Shown one piece after another: positions 21,280 through 29,124 of a DNA stretch of 38,288 bases (position 1 is its first letter; each line of letters opens with the position of its first letter). This stretch comes from Desulfovibrio sp. UBA4079 (GTDB lineage Bacteria > Desulfobacterota > Desulfovibrionia > Desulfovibrionales > Desulfovibrionaceae): positions 17,138 through 55,425 of the forward strand of contig DFYP01000207.1 of NCBI GenBank assembly GCA_002382645.1. The letters are read 5' to 3'. The translations under genes and the position numbers were made by a program. The notes below the pieces were generated by a model. That model had not been told where the DNA came from, did no database searches, and saw nothing but the letters and a program-made list of their open reading frames with translations.

Positions 21280-22350
21280 GTGAGTCCAATCATCGCGGAA
21301 CGCCTGCAGGGCCTGGTCTACGGCCAAGCCATAGGCGATGCCCTGGGAGTTGGCGGTGAGTTCCACTCCGAACACGACATGCGCCGGATTTATCCCGAGG
21401 GGCTGAGCGAGTACGAGCAGATCCGGCGTTCATCCCATGCCAGAGTGTGGGAACCCGGAGAATGGACTGACGATACGGAGCAATTCCTGGCCGTCCTGGA
21501 AAGCCTTCTCGATTCCGGGGTTGCCGAAGACGATGTCGACCTCGGCGACATGGCCCGCCGGTTTCGGCAATGGCTGACCCGGGATGGGCGCGGGATCGGG
21601 AACCTGACGTTCATGGTGTTGACCCATGGACGTTTTCTGGAGGCCCCCCACGAAACAGCCCGCCAGCTGTGGGAGCAGCGGGGTCGGCGCTCCGCCCCCA
21701 ACGGGGCCGTCATGCGCACGGCGAGCCTGGCGATCCTCCCATGGGAAAGAGACCTTCAGGCCGCGGCGCGCACAGTGCGAGCCGTTTGCGAACTGACGCA
21801 CGCAGACCCCCGATGCGCCTGGTCCTGCCTGGTGATCTCCTTCGTCGCAGCCTGCCTCGTGCGCGGAGATGACGACATCCCAGGCGCCTGCGAACGGGCC
21901 ATGGTCTGCGGCAGAGCGCTCAGGCTCGATGAAACGGCTGGTGAGGAAACGCGCAGCTGGATCGAGATGGCCTTGTGCGGCGAACGCGGAAAGGGCCGGG
22001 CCATCAAGTTCATCGGGCATGACCCTGGCCGAGGTTACTGCCTGAAGACCCTGTATGCAGGGCTTGGCGATCTTTCCCTCGGCCATGGCCCTGGCCAGGG
22101 GTACACCATGCGCACCATGGCCGCCGGACTCTGGGCGGCCTGGCATGCCGAAAGTTTTGCCGATGGCCTGCTGCCGATCATCAACAGCGGCGGCGATGCA
22201 GACACCAACGGCGCAGTGGCAGGAGCCCTGCTTGGCGCCAGATTCGGCGGGAGCGGATTGCCGCTGCGATGGGTCGAGGGGCTGGTCAATCGGGAGAGGC
22301 TGGATGCCGCATTGCAACGCATGCATCCTGCCCCTGGAAATGAACGATGA
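21280..22350 (+). CDS. ADP-ribosylglycohydrolase (DraG/ARH family)
   Basis: AIGDALG, WTDDTEQ, NGAVMR, LTHAD, GGDADTNGAVAGALLGA; GTG start after GGAGGGAG. Confidence 0.9.
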   Translation: MSPIIAERLQGLVYGQAIGDALGVGGEFHSEHDMRRIYPEGLSEYEQIRRSSHARVWEPGEWTDDTEQFLAVLESLLDSGVAEDDVDLGDMARRFRQWLTRDGRGIGNLTFMVLTHGRFLEAPHETARQLWEQRGRRSAPNGAVMRTASLAILPWERDLQAAARTVRAVCELTHADPRCAWSCLVISFVAACLVRGDDDIPGACERAMVCGRALRLDETAGEETRSWIEMALCGERGKGRAIKFIGHDPGRGYCLKTLYAGLGDLSLGHGPGQGYTMRTMAAGLWAAWHAESFADGLLPIINSGGDADTNGAVAGALLGARFGGSGLPLRWVEGLVNRERLDAALQRMHPAPGNER

Positions 22351-23225
22351 GCGCTGCGCGTTTGCTCTACTTCTCATACGGGTCAAACCTGAATGCTGAC
22401 GATCTGCGCCAATGGTGCCTGTCGGAGGATTGCCCCAACCCTTTGCCCCGGAAGGGAACCCCTGCATTCCTGCCCGATGCTGAGCCGGTGTTTCCCTTGC
22501 ATTCGTCACGCCGGGGCGGGGGTGTTCTTGGATGGCGCAAGCGGGTGGGCCATGTGCTTCCAGGGGCTCTCTTCAGTGTATCGGAAACCGACCTGGCAGT
22601 GCTGGACCTCAAGGAAGGCGCTCCGGCGGTCTACCGGCGCGAGACCATTGAGATACTCCTGCCTGACGGTTCGGCGGTCCCGGCAGTAGCCTACAATCTG
22701 CCGAGCGCCCGGTTGAACGAGCATGTCCCTCCCGATCCCGGCTATCTCGACGCCGTGGCCGCCGGGCTGCAGGATTACGGCCATTCGGTGAGCCATCTCG
22801 CAGCCGCCGCGCAAAGAACCGACGATGCCCAGGGGGTGCCGTTGTTCTGCTATGGCACGCTCATGCGCGGGGAAGCCCTGCACGGGACGATGCGCTCGCT
22901 CGGCGCACGGTTCCTCGGCGAGGCCGATGCCCATGGGATGCTCACCGATCTGGAGGCGTTTCCAGGGTTCCTCCCGGGCGGCAAACGGCGGGTCCATGGT
23001 GAGCTGTTTGAATTCTCCGACCGCGGAGCCGCCCTGTCCCTGCTGGATCGTTTGGAAGGATTCCGCGGCTACGGTCAGCCGCATTCCCTGTACAGGCGGG
23101 TCCTGATCCGGGTGCGGACCAGGAATGCAACCATCCTGGCTTGGGTTTATGCCATTTCCCATGACAGCGGGGTGGTGATTGAATCAGGGGACTGGAGAAG
23201 GCGGCAACCAGCTGGGCCACGCTGA
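22347..23225 (+). CDS. Tandem gamma-glutamylcyclotransferase (GGCT/AIG2-like) domain protein
   Basis: Domain 1 YFSYGSNL...LDLKEG..YRR; domain 2 LFCYGTLMRGE...VHGELF..LDRLEG..YRRV..AWVY..IESGDW; ATGA overlap with the ARH gene. Confidence 0.85.
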   Translation: MSAARLLYFSYGSNLNADDLRQWCLSEDCPNPLPRKGTPAFLPDAEPVFPLHSSRRGGGVLGWRKRVGHVLPGALFSVSETDLAVLDLKEGAPAVYRRETIEILLPDGSAVPAVAYNLPSARLNEHVPPDPGYLDAVAAGLQDYGHSVSHLAAAAQRTDDAQGVPLFCYGTLMRGEALHGTMRSLGARFLGEADAHGMLTDLEAFPGFLPGGKRRVHGELFEFSDRGAALSLLDRLEGFRGYGQPHSLYRRVLIRVRTRNATILAWVYAISHDSGVVIESGDWRRRQPAGPR

Positions 23226-23330
23226 TAATGTGAGGCCCGGCAACGCGCTCGACCATCCTGAAAAAACACTCGTCCTTCTCACCTACGACCAGATCCGCAC
23301 AGATTAATTCAGTATTTTCGCCTCGCAAAA

Positions 23331-23366
23331 TCATTCCGAAATATGGAATATACCAGCCCTATTCTC
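23331..23366 (+). promoter_or_regulatory. Palindromic operator-like site plus -10-like box upstream of the AAA-WYL operon
   Basis: ATTCC-N7-GGAAT, then CCTATTCTC at the same spacing as the 20650 copy. Confidence 0.6.
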
Positions 23367-23388
23367 CTTGAAAAACAAGGGGAAAGTT

Positions 23389-25626
23389 ATGAAGGGTCTC
23401 CATTCATATCCCGCTCCAATCTTTACCTTAAAACCTTCCAGCGACATTCTTTTCATGCGCAAGAAGTGCGCAGAATGGTTGATCCGTTGCCTGGATTTCC
23501 AGGACTCGGTGGTCGGGGAGCTGTTCGAAGTCCTGGAGTGGACCCTGGGGCGGCCTTTGGACGAACTCGCGGACAGCGTTCGCCAGTGGCTTGCAGGCAG
23601 CAAGGGGAGGACACTTGGCCCGCTGAAGCGGGAACACCTCAAAGATGCCTTGGCCGAAATCGATGAATGCCCCAGTGCCGCAACTGAAGCGTTGGACGCT
23701 GTGGCGGACTTTGCGCCGCAGAGCCTGCTGCGGGTACTCGCCACGCATGCGCGCCTGGCGCTCTCCGAGTACCTGGCGCAGGAACCGCACCAGGGGGGGA
23801 GCGATTTGGAACGCTGCCTGGACCAGTTCAGGAAACTTCTCGGCCTGTCCGCCCACGAAAGCGAACTCTGCCTGCTGCTCTACTGCATAGACAAAGTCCA
23901 TTCCTGGGACCGCTACTTCGAGGACGAGTTCGGAGCCACGCAGACACTCGGGCGAAACAAGCTGTGTCACACTCTGGGGATCAGCATGGCCGAACTCCGA
24001 CGGATTATGTCCGGCAAACTTGTAAAGTTGGACATTATGCGTACCGATTCGTGCCTCAGCTTGAGTTCCAACTATATCGCGTTTCTTGAAAACGGTGATG
24101 CGGACGACCTGACTCGCGAGTTGTTCTCGGTGCAGAAGGGGGACACCCTGGCTTTGGCCGATTACGCCCTGGACCCGGCGGAAATAGGGCACGTCTGTTC
24201 CCTGCTCGGCAGCCCCGGATCGACTCCCACCCATATTCTGCTTTACGGCGCCCCCGGAACCGGAAAAAGCAGTTTCACCCGCTCTCTGGCCCGGAAGCTG
24301 GGGTTACAGGCCTACAGCGTTGCCTTGCCAAAGGACAGCGACCAGGACACCCGGCGTACCGGAATCGAGGCGTGCCTGAACATCACCGCGAATGGATCCA
24401 CCGGGCTTGTCGTGGTGGACGAGGCCGACAACCTCCTCAATACCGTAATGTCGTTTCTTATTCTGGGGCAGGGCCAGGACAAGGGATGGCTCAATGAACT
24501 CCTGGAGCGGCCTGGCGTACGCATGGTCTGGATCACCAACAGCATCGATGGAATCGAACAATCCGTGCGCAGGCGTTTCGCCTACAGTGTTCAGTTCCAG
24601 TCGCTGGGCATCAAGCAGAGGGTCCGGCTCTGGAGGAACGTGCTCAAGAAAAACAAGGCCACTGGCTTCCTTGCTCCGGACCAGACCGAAGAATTCGCCC
24701 AAAGATTTAAGCTGTCCGCGGGGTATGTCGACTTGGCCGTGAAGAAGGCGCTGGAATCCAAAAACCGCCAGCCGGCTCAATTCCGGAGGGCAGTGGAATT
24801 GTCGCTGAAGGCGGGGCTGACGCTCGCCAACGACGGCGCGCCGGCAGAGGCCGTACGCACCCTGGACCGCAACTATTCGCTGGAAGGGATCAACGTGGGC
24901 TGCGACCTTGACGGCCTCATGACCAGGCTGGAGCGCTTCGATCGCAGCCTGCGGGACAAAAAGGCTCCGCACGCCAACATGAATTTGCTGTTCTACGGCC
25001 CCCCTGGGACCGGGAAAACCGAATTAGCCAAGCACGTTGCGCAGCGGCTGGAGCGTGAGCTGGTCACCAGACGCGCCAGTGAACTGCTCGACCCCTACCT
25101 CGGCATGACGGAACGACGCATCGCAGAGGCCTTCCGGTCTGCGGAAAAAGATGAAGCCGTGCTCCTGATCGATGAAGCGGACAGCTTCATTTTCGACCGG
25201 AGCCTGGCCGTCCGGTCCTGGGAAGTGACCGCAGTCAACGAGTTCCTGACCCAAATGGAGCGTTTTCGCGGGCTCCTTATCTGCACCACCAACAGGATGG
25301 AGCAACTGGATTCCGCTTCCATACGCCGCTTCAACCAAAAAATCGGCTTCGATTACCTCACGAGTGACGGCAACGTCGTATTCTACCGGCGCATGTTGGC
25401 GCCTCTCGTTCATGGCAGGTCAACGAAGGGCGTGCTGAATCCCCTTTGCCATTGTTTCAACCTTGCTCCCGGGGATTTCAAGATTGTGCGTGACCGATTT
25501 TCGTTTTATCCCCAAAATGAAATAACGCATGAGACCCTTGTCCAGGCCCTGCTGGAGGAGTCTCAAATCAAGGCAAGCCGGAACCGGACAAACCCCATCG
25601 GCTTCAACCGTCCATCCCGAAAGTGA
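23389..25626 (+). CDS. AAA+ ATPase with two nucleotide-binding domains
   Basis: GAPGTGKS/VVVDEAD/VRRRF and GPPGTGKT/LLIDEAD/SIRRF; start codon uncertain (23368, 23389 or 23455). Confidence 0.88.
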   Translation: MKGLHSYPAPIFTLKPSSDILFMRKKCAEWLIRCLDFQDSVVGELFEVLEWTLGRPLDELADSVRQWLAGSKGRTLGPLKREHLKDALAEIDECPSAATEALDAVADFAPQSLLRVLATHARLALSEYLAQEPHQGGSDLERCLDQFRKLLGLSAHESELCLLLYCIDKVHSWDRYFEDEFGATQTLGRNKLCHTLGISMAELRRIMSGKLVKLDIMRTDSCLSLSSNYIAFLENGDADDLTRELFSVQKGDTLALADYALDPAEIGHVCSLLGSPGSTPTHILLYGAPGTGKSSFTRSLARKLGLQAYSVALPKDSDQDTRRTGIEACLNITANGSTGLVVVDEADNLLNTVMSFLILGQGQDKGWLNELLERPGVRMVWITNSIDGIEQSVRRRFAYSVQFQSLGIKQRVRLWRNVLKKNKATGFLAPDQTEEFAQRFKLSAGYVDLAVKKALESKNRQPAQFRRAVELSLKAGLTLANDGAPAEAVRTLDRNYSLEGINVGCDLDGLMTRLERFDRSLRDKKAPHANMNLLFYGPPGTGKTELAKHVAQRLERELVTRRASELLDPYLGMTERRIAEAFRSAEKDEAVLLIDEADSFIFDRSLAVRSWEVTAVNEFLTQMERFRGLLICTTNRMEQLDSASIRRFNQKIGFDYLTSDGNVVFYRRMLAPLVHGRSTKGVLNPLCHCFNLAPGDFKIVRDRFSFYPQNEITHETLVQALLEESQIKASRNRTNPIGFNRPSRK

Positions 25627-25633
25627 GGGGAAC

Positions 25634-26650
25634 ATGCCTGCCAAGCAGGATCCATATGCCAGCCCGGCCCAGAAAGCCGTCAGTTTGTATAGCTTGCTGC
25701 TTTTCACGGGCAAGCGCTACTTCTTATCGGAATTGGCCGCTGAACTGGACTGTTCCAAACAGACGGTGCTGCGCATGATGGAGCAGCTGGAAAGAGGCAT
25801 GGGGATTTCCCTGGAGACAGGGAAAGAGGGCAACCGGCGATGGTTCAGGGTGAAAACGCCACGAACGAAACCGCAGGTGGCGTTGGACCCCGATGACATC
25901 AGCAAGCTTCTGCTTTGCAGGGACCTGGTCCGCCACCTTCTCCCCAAGCCGATCCTCAAGAAACTCGACGAGGTTGTGGCCAAGGCCACGGTTTTGCTGC
26001 CGAACATGGAGGAGCGCTCGACCGCCCTCGATTGCCTCGGGGGAATCATGGTCAAGGGGGGTATCGACTACACGCCCTTTGAGGCGAGCATCGAAACCCT
26101 CCTGGCCGCCATCTCGCGAAAGGCGGTATGCGAGGTCCGTTACAAGAGCTTCAACGCCGATGCCGCAAAGGTTCACTACTTCGCCCCCATGCGTCTCACG
26201 GCCTATCGCGAGGCATTGTATGCGGAGGGATGGTCCGTGGACCCGCGTGGCAAGCCAAGGCAGAAACACAGGATGGTCCTTGCCGTACACCGCATGGAGA
26301 AGGCCGAACCGACCAGGCTGACTCATGATTTTGAGCCGTGGTCCTCGCCGGAATATTTTGGGTTCCCTGAATGTGAGCCGTATCGGGTCAAAGTCGCCTT
26401 GTCCGAGTCCGCCGCTCGGTATGTCCGCGAGCGGAAGTGGAGCGATGACCAGGCATTCCATGAGCACGCGGACGGCAGCGCTGTTCTGGAATTCACCGCG
26501 CAAAGCCGCAGCGAAGTCGTTTCCTGGGTGCTGTCCTTTGGCGGCGAAGTAGAAATATTGGAACCTGTGGAAGTACGATTGAACGTGACAGAAGAAATTA
26601 AAAAATCTTTAAATATTTATAACAACCCCATGACTACAAGGTTGCATTGA
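25634..26650 (+). CDS. HTH-WYL-WCX transcriptional regulator (PafC/DriD/YafY-like architecture)
   Basis: N-terminal HTH (LSELAAELDCSKQTVLRMM), WYL-like YKS..PMRL..LYAEG..LAVHRM, WCX-like VSWVLSFGGEVEILEP. Confidence 0.88.
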   Translation: MPAKQDPYASPAQKAVSLYSLLLFTGKRYFLSELAAELDCSKQTVLRMMEQLERGMGISLETGKEGNRRWFRVKTPRTKPQVALDPDDISKLLLCRDLVRHLLPKPILKKLDEVVAKATVLLPNMEERSTALDCLGGIMVKGGIDYTPFEASIETLLAAISRKAVCEVRYKSFNADAAKVHYFAPMRLTAYREALYAEGWSVDPRGKPRQKHRMVLAVHRMEKAEPTRLTHDFEPWSSPEYFGFPECEPYRVKVALSESAARYVRERKWSDDQAFHEHADGSAVLEFTAQSRSEVVSWVLSFGGEVEILEPVEVRLNVTEEIKKSLNIYNNPMTTRLH

Positions 26651-26669
26651 TGGATGATGAATCGTTGGC

Positions 26670-27305
26670 CTACTTTGCTCTATGCAAATGTTTAGGCAAC
26701 AATATATTACCATTACTTGTATTCCAGACAGCACTAAACTCCAATTTGCGGGCGAGGTTCCCATACATTTCATTAAATCTCTTCTCTAAACAGTCGTACG
26801 GCGCTTTACGGCGATCTTCTTCGAGGTTTCTTGGGACAAAAAATTCCATAACAACAGCCAAATCAAGAAGCGTTGATGCAAGCCAATCCACCTCTTTTCC
26901 ATAGCCAGAAACCCATTCTGCCTTGGTTAATTCCATTATTCTCTCATAAACCCGACGATCACCTGTCTTAGACATTTCACAGCATCCAAAATGGATAAAA
27001 GAAATCGCGCCGCTTTTTGCCTTTGAAAATGACTCAAGAAGTCGCTCAAATTCAATCTTTGATTTATTCCCGGATGGCATCAAGTTCATGTCACTTCCAT
27101 GACATGCAAAATACAACATTACTCTCTGCGATGGAGAAATTTTTGAAATATAATAGTCAATATCTTCAGCATTTCTAATAGTTCTGTGGCTGACATCTAT
27201 CTCTTTGTAACTGATCGCCAATGCATTAAAATACTGAAGAACTAACGGCTGCTCATGCTTCTTCCACCAAGTCCCTTCAAGAATAATTATCTTTGCCTTT
27301 CTCAT
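26670..27305 (-). CDS. Hypothetical protein with caspase/CHAT-like His-Cys motifs (DUF6642-like), AT-rich
   Basis: IIILEGTW, LYFACHG, IHFGCC, VSGY.KEVDWL; GAGGAG RBS upstream of 27305. Confidence 0.6.
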   Translation of the reverse strand: MRKAKIIILEGTWWKKHEQPLVLQYFNALAISYKEIDVSHRTIRNAEDIDYYISKISPSQRVMLYFACHGSDMNLMPSGNKSKIEFERLLESFSKAKSGAISFIHFGCCEMSKTGDRRVYERIMELTKAEWVSGYGKEVDWLASTLLDLAVVMEFFVPRNLEEDRRKAPYDCLEKRFNEMYGNLARKLEFSAVWNTSNGNILLPKHLHRAK

Positions 27306-27618
27306 CACGGAACTCCTCTTAGCTGACCAAGCACTCTTATCAAAATGCATACCATCCTCATCTGCAAAGTCAAGAGATGAACAAGCTTGAACAGTTTGGC
27401 AGTCGAAATAAAGGGACACTAGCTCATGCTCCACTCGCATCTAGGTTGCCGTCAGATCAACTAGCCCTGGGATCTAGCGAATTCGGGTCCACTTTTCCCC
27501 ATGGTTCGGCTTCGGACTGAACTTTGGCTGACGAGGATTTGCCCCTGCCAAACCAAACACTTCGCATCTGTGGAGTTTTGGACACCGCCCAGGCGATACC
27601 GAATCTGCCGATTCTAAA

Positions 27619-27638
27619 TGTCCCCCCATTGTCCCCCC
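27619..27638. repeat. Tandem direct repeat TGTCCCCCC x2 (candidate integrase arm-type sites)
   Basis: Copies at 27619-27627 and 27630-27638, period 11, ~60 nt from the tRNA 3' end. Confidence 0.55.
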
Positions 27639-27650
27639 TGCTTTTTTAGC

Positions 27651-27688
27651 AAAAGAAAAAGGCCTCGCGGTTTTCGCTGCGAGGCCTT
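27651..27688 (-). terminator. Rho-independent terminator downstream of tRNA-Leu
   Basis: AAGGCCTCGC...GCGAGGCCTT stem followed on the minus strand by a T-rich tail. Confidence 0.85.
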
Positions 27689-27697
27689 GTCATTCCT

Positions 27698-27784
27698 TGG
27701 TACCGGGGGGGGGACTCGAACCCCCAAGGGCGTGAACCCGGCGGATTTTGAGTCCGCTGCGTCTACCAATTCCGCCACCCCGGC
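27698..27784 (-). tRNA. tRNA-Leu(CAA)
   Basis: GCCGGGGTGGCGGAATTGGTAGACGCAGCGGACT-CAA-AATCCGC, long variable arm, GGGGGTTCGAGTCCCCC, ends ACCA (87 nt). Confidence 0.96.
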
Positions 27785-27893
27785 ACAGGGGTTTCATTCA
27801 TAGGGGAGCGCGGCGGGCGGTGTCAATGGCCCGCGCCTTGCCAGCGCCTCCCGGACCTGTTATCCCCGCCGCGTCGCCTGCAACAACAAGGAA

Positions 27894-28583
27894 ATGTCCA
27901 TGCTCCCCACCGGTTCCCTGGTCAACGCCGCGGCCATCATCGCCGGCAGCCTCATCGGCGCACTCCTGCACGGCCGCTTTCCCGAGCGCGTCCGGACCAT
28001 CGTGTTCCAGGGCCTGGGGCTCTGCGTCCTGCTCATCGGCGTGCAGATGGCCCTCAAGGTGGACAACATCCTGATTCTGATCTTCAGCGTGCTTCTGGGC
28101 GGGCTACTCGGCGAACTGCTCGACCTGGAGGGGCTTTTCGAACGGCTGGCCACGCGCTTCAAGGCCCTGGTGCGCTCCAAGGACACGGGCTTCACCGACG
28201 GGCTGATCACGGCCTCGCTCATTTTCTGCATCGGGGCCATGGCCATCATCGGGTCCTTTGACGAGGGCATCCGCGGCGATCCCACGGTGCTCTACACCAA
28301 GTCCATCCTGGACGGCTTCGCCTCCGTGGCCCTGGCCTCGACCTACGGCCTGGGCGTGCTCTTCTCGTTCATCCCGGTGCTGCTCTATCAGGGCGGGCTG
28401 ACGCTCTTCGCCGGGTTCTTCCAGCAGCATTTCAGCCCGCAGCTCATCGCCCAGCTCACCTCCACCGGCGGAGTGCTCATCCTGGGCATCGGCCTCACGC
28501 TGCTGGACATCAAGCGCGTGAAGCTCTCCAACCTGCTGCCGGCCTTGCTGGTGGTCGTGGTCCTGACGCTCGTCTTTGGTTGA
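27894..28583 (+). CDS. DUF554 family membrane protein
   Basis: TGSLVNAAAII, ASLIFCIGAMAIIGS..GIRGD..LYTKSILDG, QGGLT. Confidence 0.85.
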   Translation: MSMLPTGSLVNAAAIIAGSLIGALLHGRFPERVRTIVFQGLGLCVLLIGVQMALKVDNILILIFSVLLGGLLGELLDLEGLFERLATRFKALVRSKDTGFTDGLITASLIFCIGAMAIIGSFDEGIRGDPTVLYTKSILDGFASVALASTYGLGVLFSFIPVLLYQGGLTLFAGFFQQHFSPQLIAQLTSTGGVLILGIGLTLLDIKRVKLSNLLPALLVVVVLTLVFG

Positions 28584-28664
28584 CAGGGCCTCCGCGCAAT
28601 ACGGCTTTGCGTATTGCGCGGAAGATCGCTCGGCCGAAAAACGCGATTTCGGCCCGCTCCGGGG

Positions 28665-29051
28665 CTAGTCCTCGTCCTTCCAGGGCTCCTTCTTCCAGGT
28701 CAGCAGGTCCTCGTAGATCTGCTGGACCACGGCCGTGGGCACGAACTCGGCCTCCACGATGCCGTCCAGCTCGTGCATCTTGAACAGGGAGGCCCAGGGC
28801 TTCTTGGAGAGCTCGTCCCAGGCTCCAAAGCCCTTTTGGGTCAGGGAGCGCTTGCCGAGCTGGCTCAGGCGCACTTCCCAGGCCTCATAGGCGTTCAGGT
28901 CGTCGAGGGTCTCCTCGGGGGTGCTGGCGTGCACGGAACTGGCCTGGGGCGTGAAGGCGATCAGGCCATGAACCACGATGTCCTCGAAGAACCGCCCCCA
29001 GTCGTCGCTGCGGTTGGCTTCCTTCAACAGCTTGCGGAAGTCTTCTGCCAT
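28665..29051 (-). CDS. Hypothetical protein
   Basis: 128 aa, host-like codon usage, AAGGAG RBS, normal amino-acid composition. Confidence 0.7.
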   Translation of the reverse strand: MAEDFRKLLKEANRSDDWGRFFEDIVVHGLIAFTPQASSVHASTPEETLDDLNAYEAWEVRLSQLGKRSLTQKGFGAWDELSKKPWASLFKMHELDGIVEAEFVPTAVVQQIYEDLLTWKKEPWKDED

Positions 29052-29124
29052 GTCACGCTCCTTGCGGGATTTCGTCGGATGTCAGGCCTTGTGCCGGATG
29101 TGGACAAGAAAGGCAAGGCCGGGA

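Noticed and set aside
27586-27606. Reverse complement reads AGATTCG-GTATC-GCCTGGGCG, resembling AGATTCG-A-GCCTGGGCG at the rpoD junction (~11960-11976)
   Set aside because: Only 7+9 nt, gapped and inverted; too weak to call an att pair in GC-rich DNA
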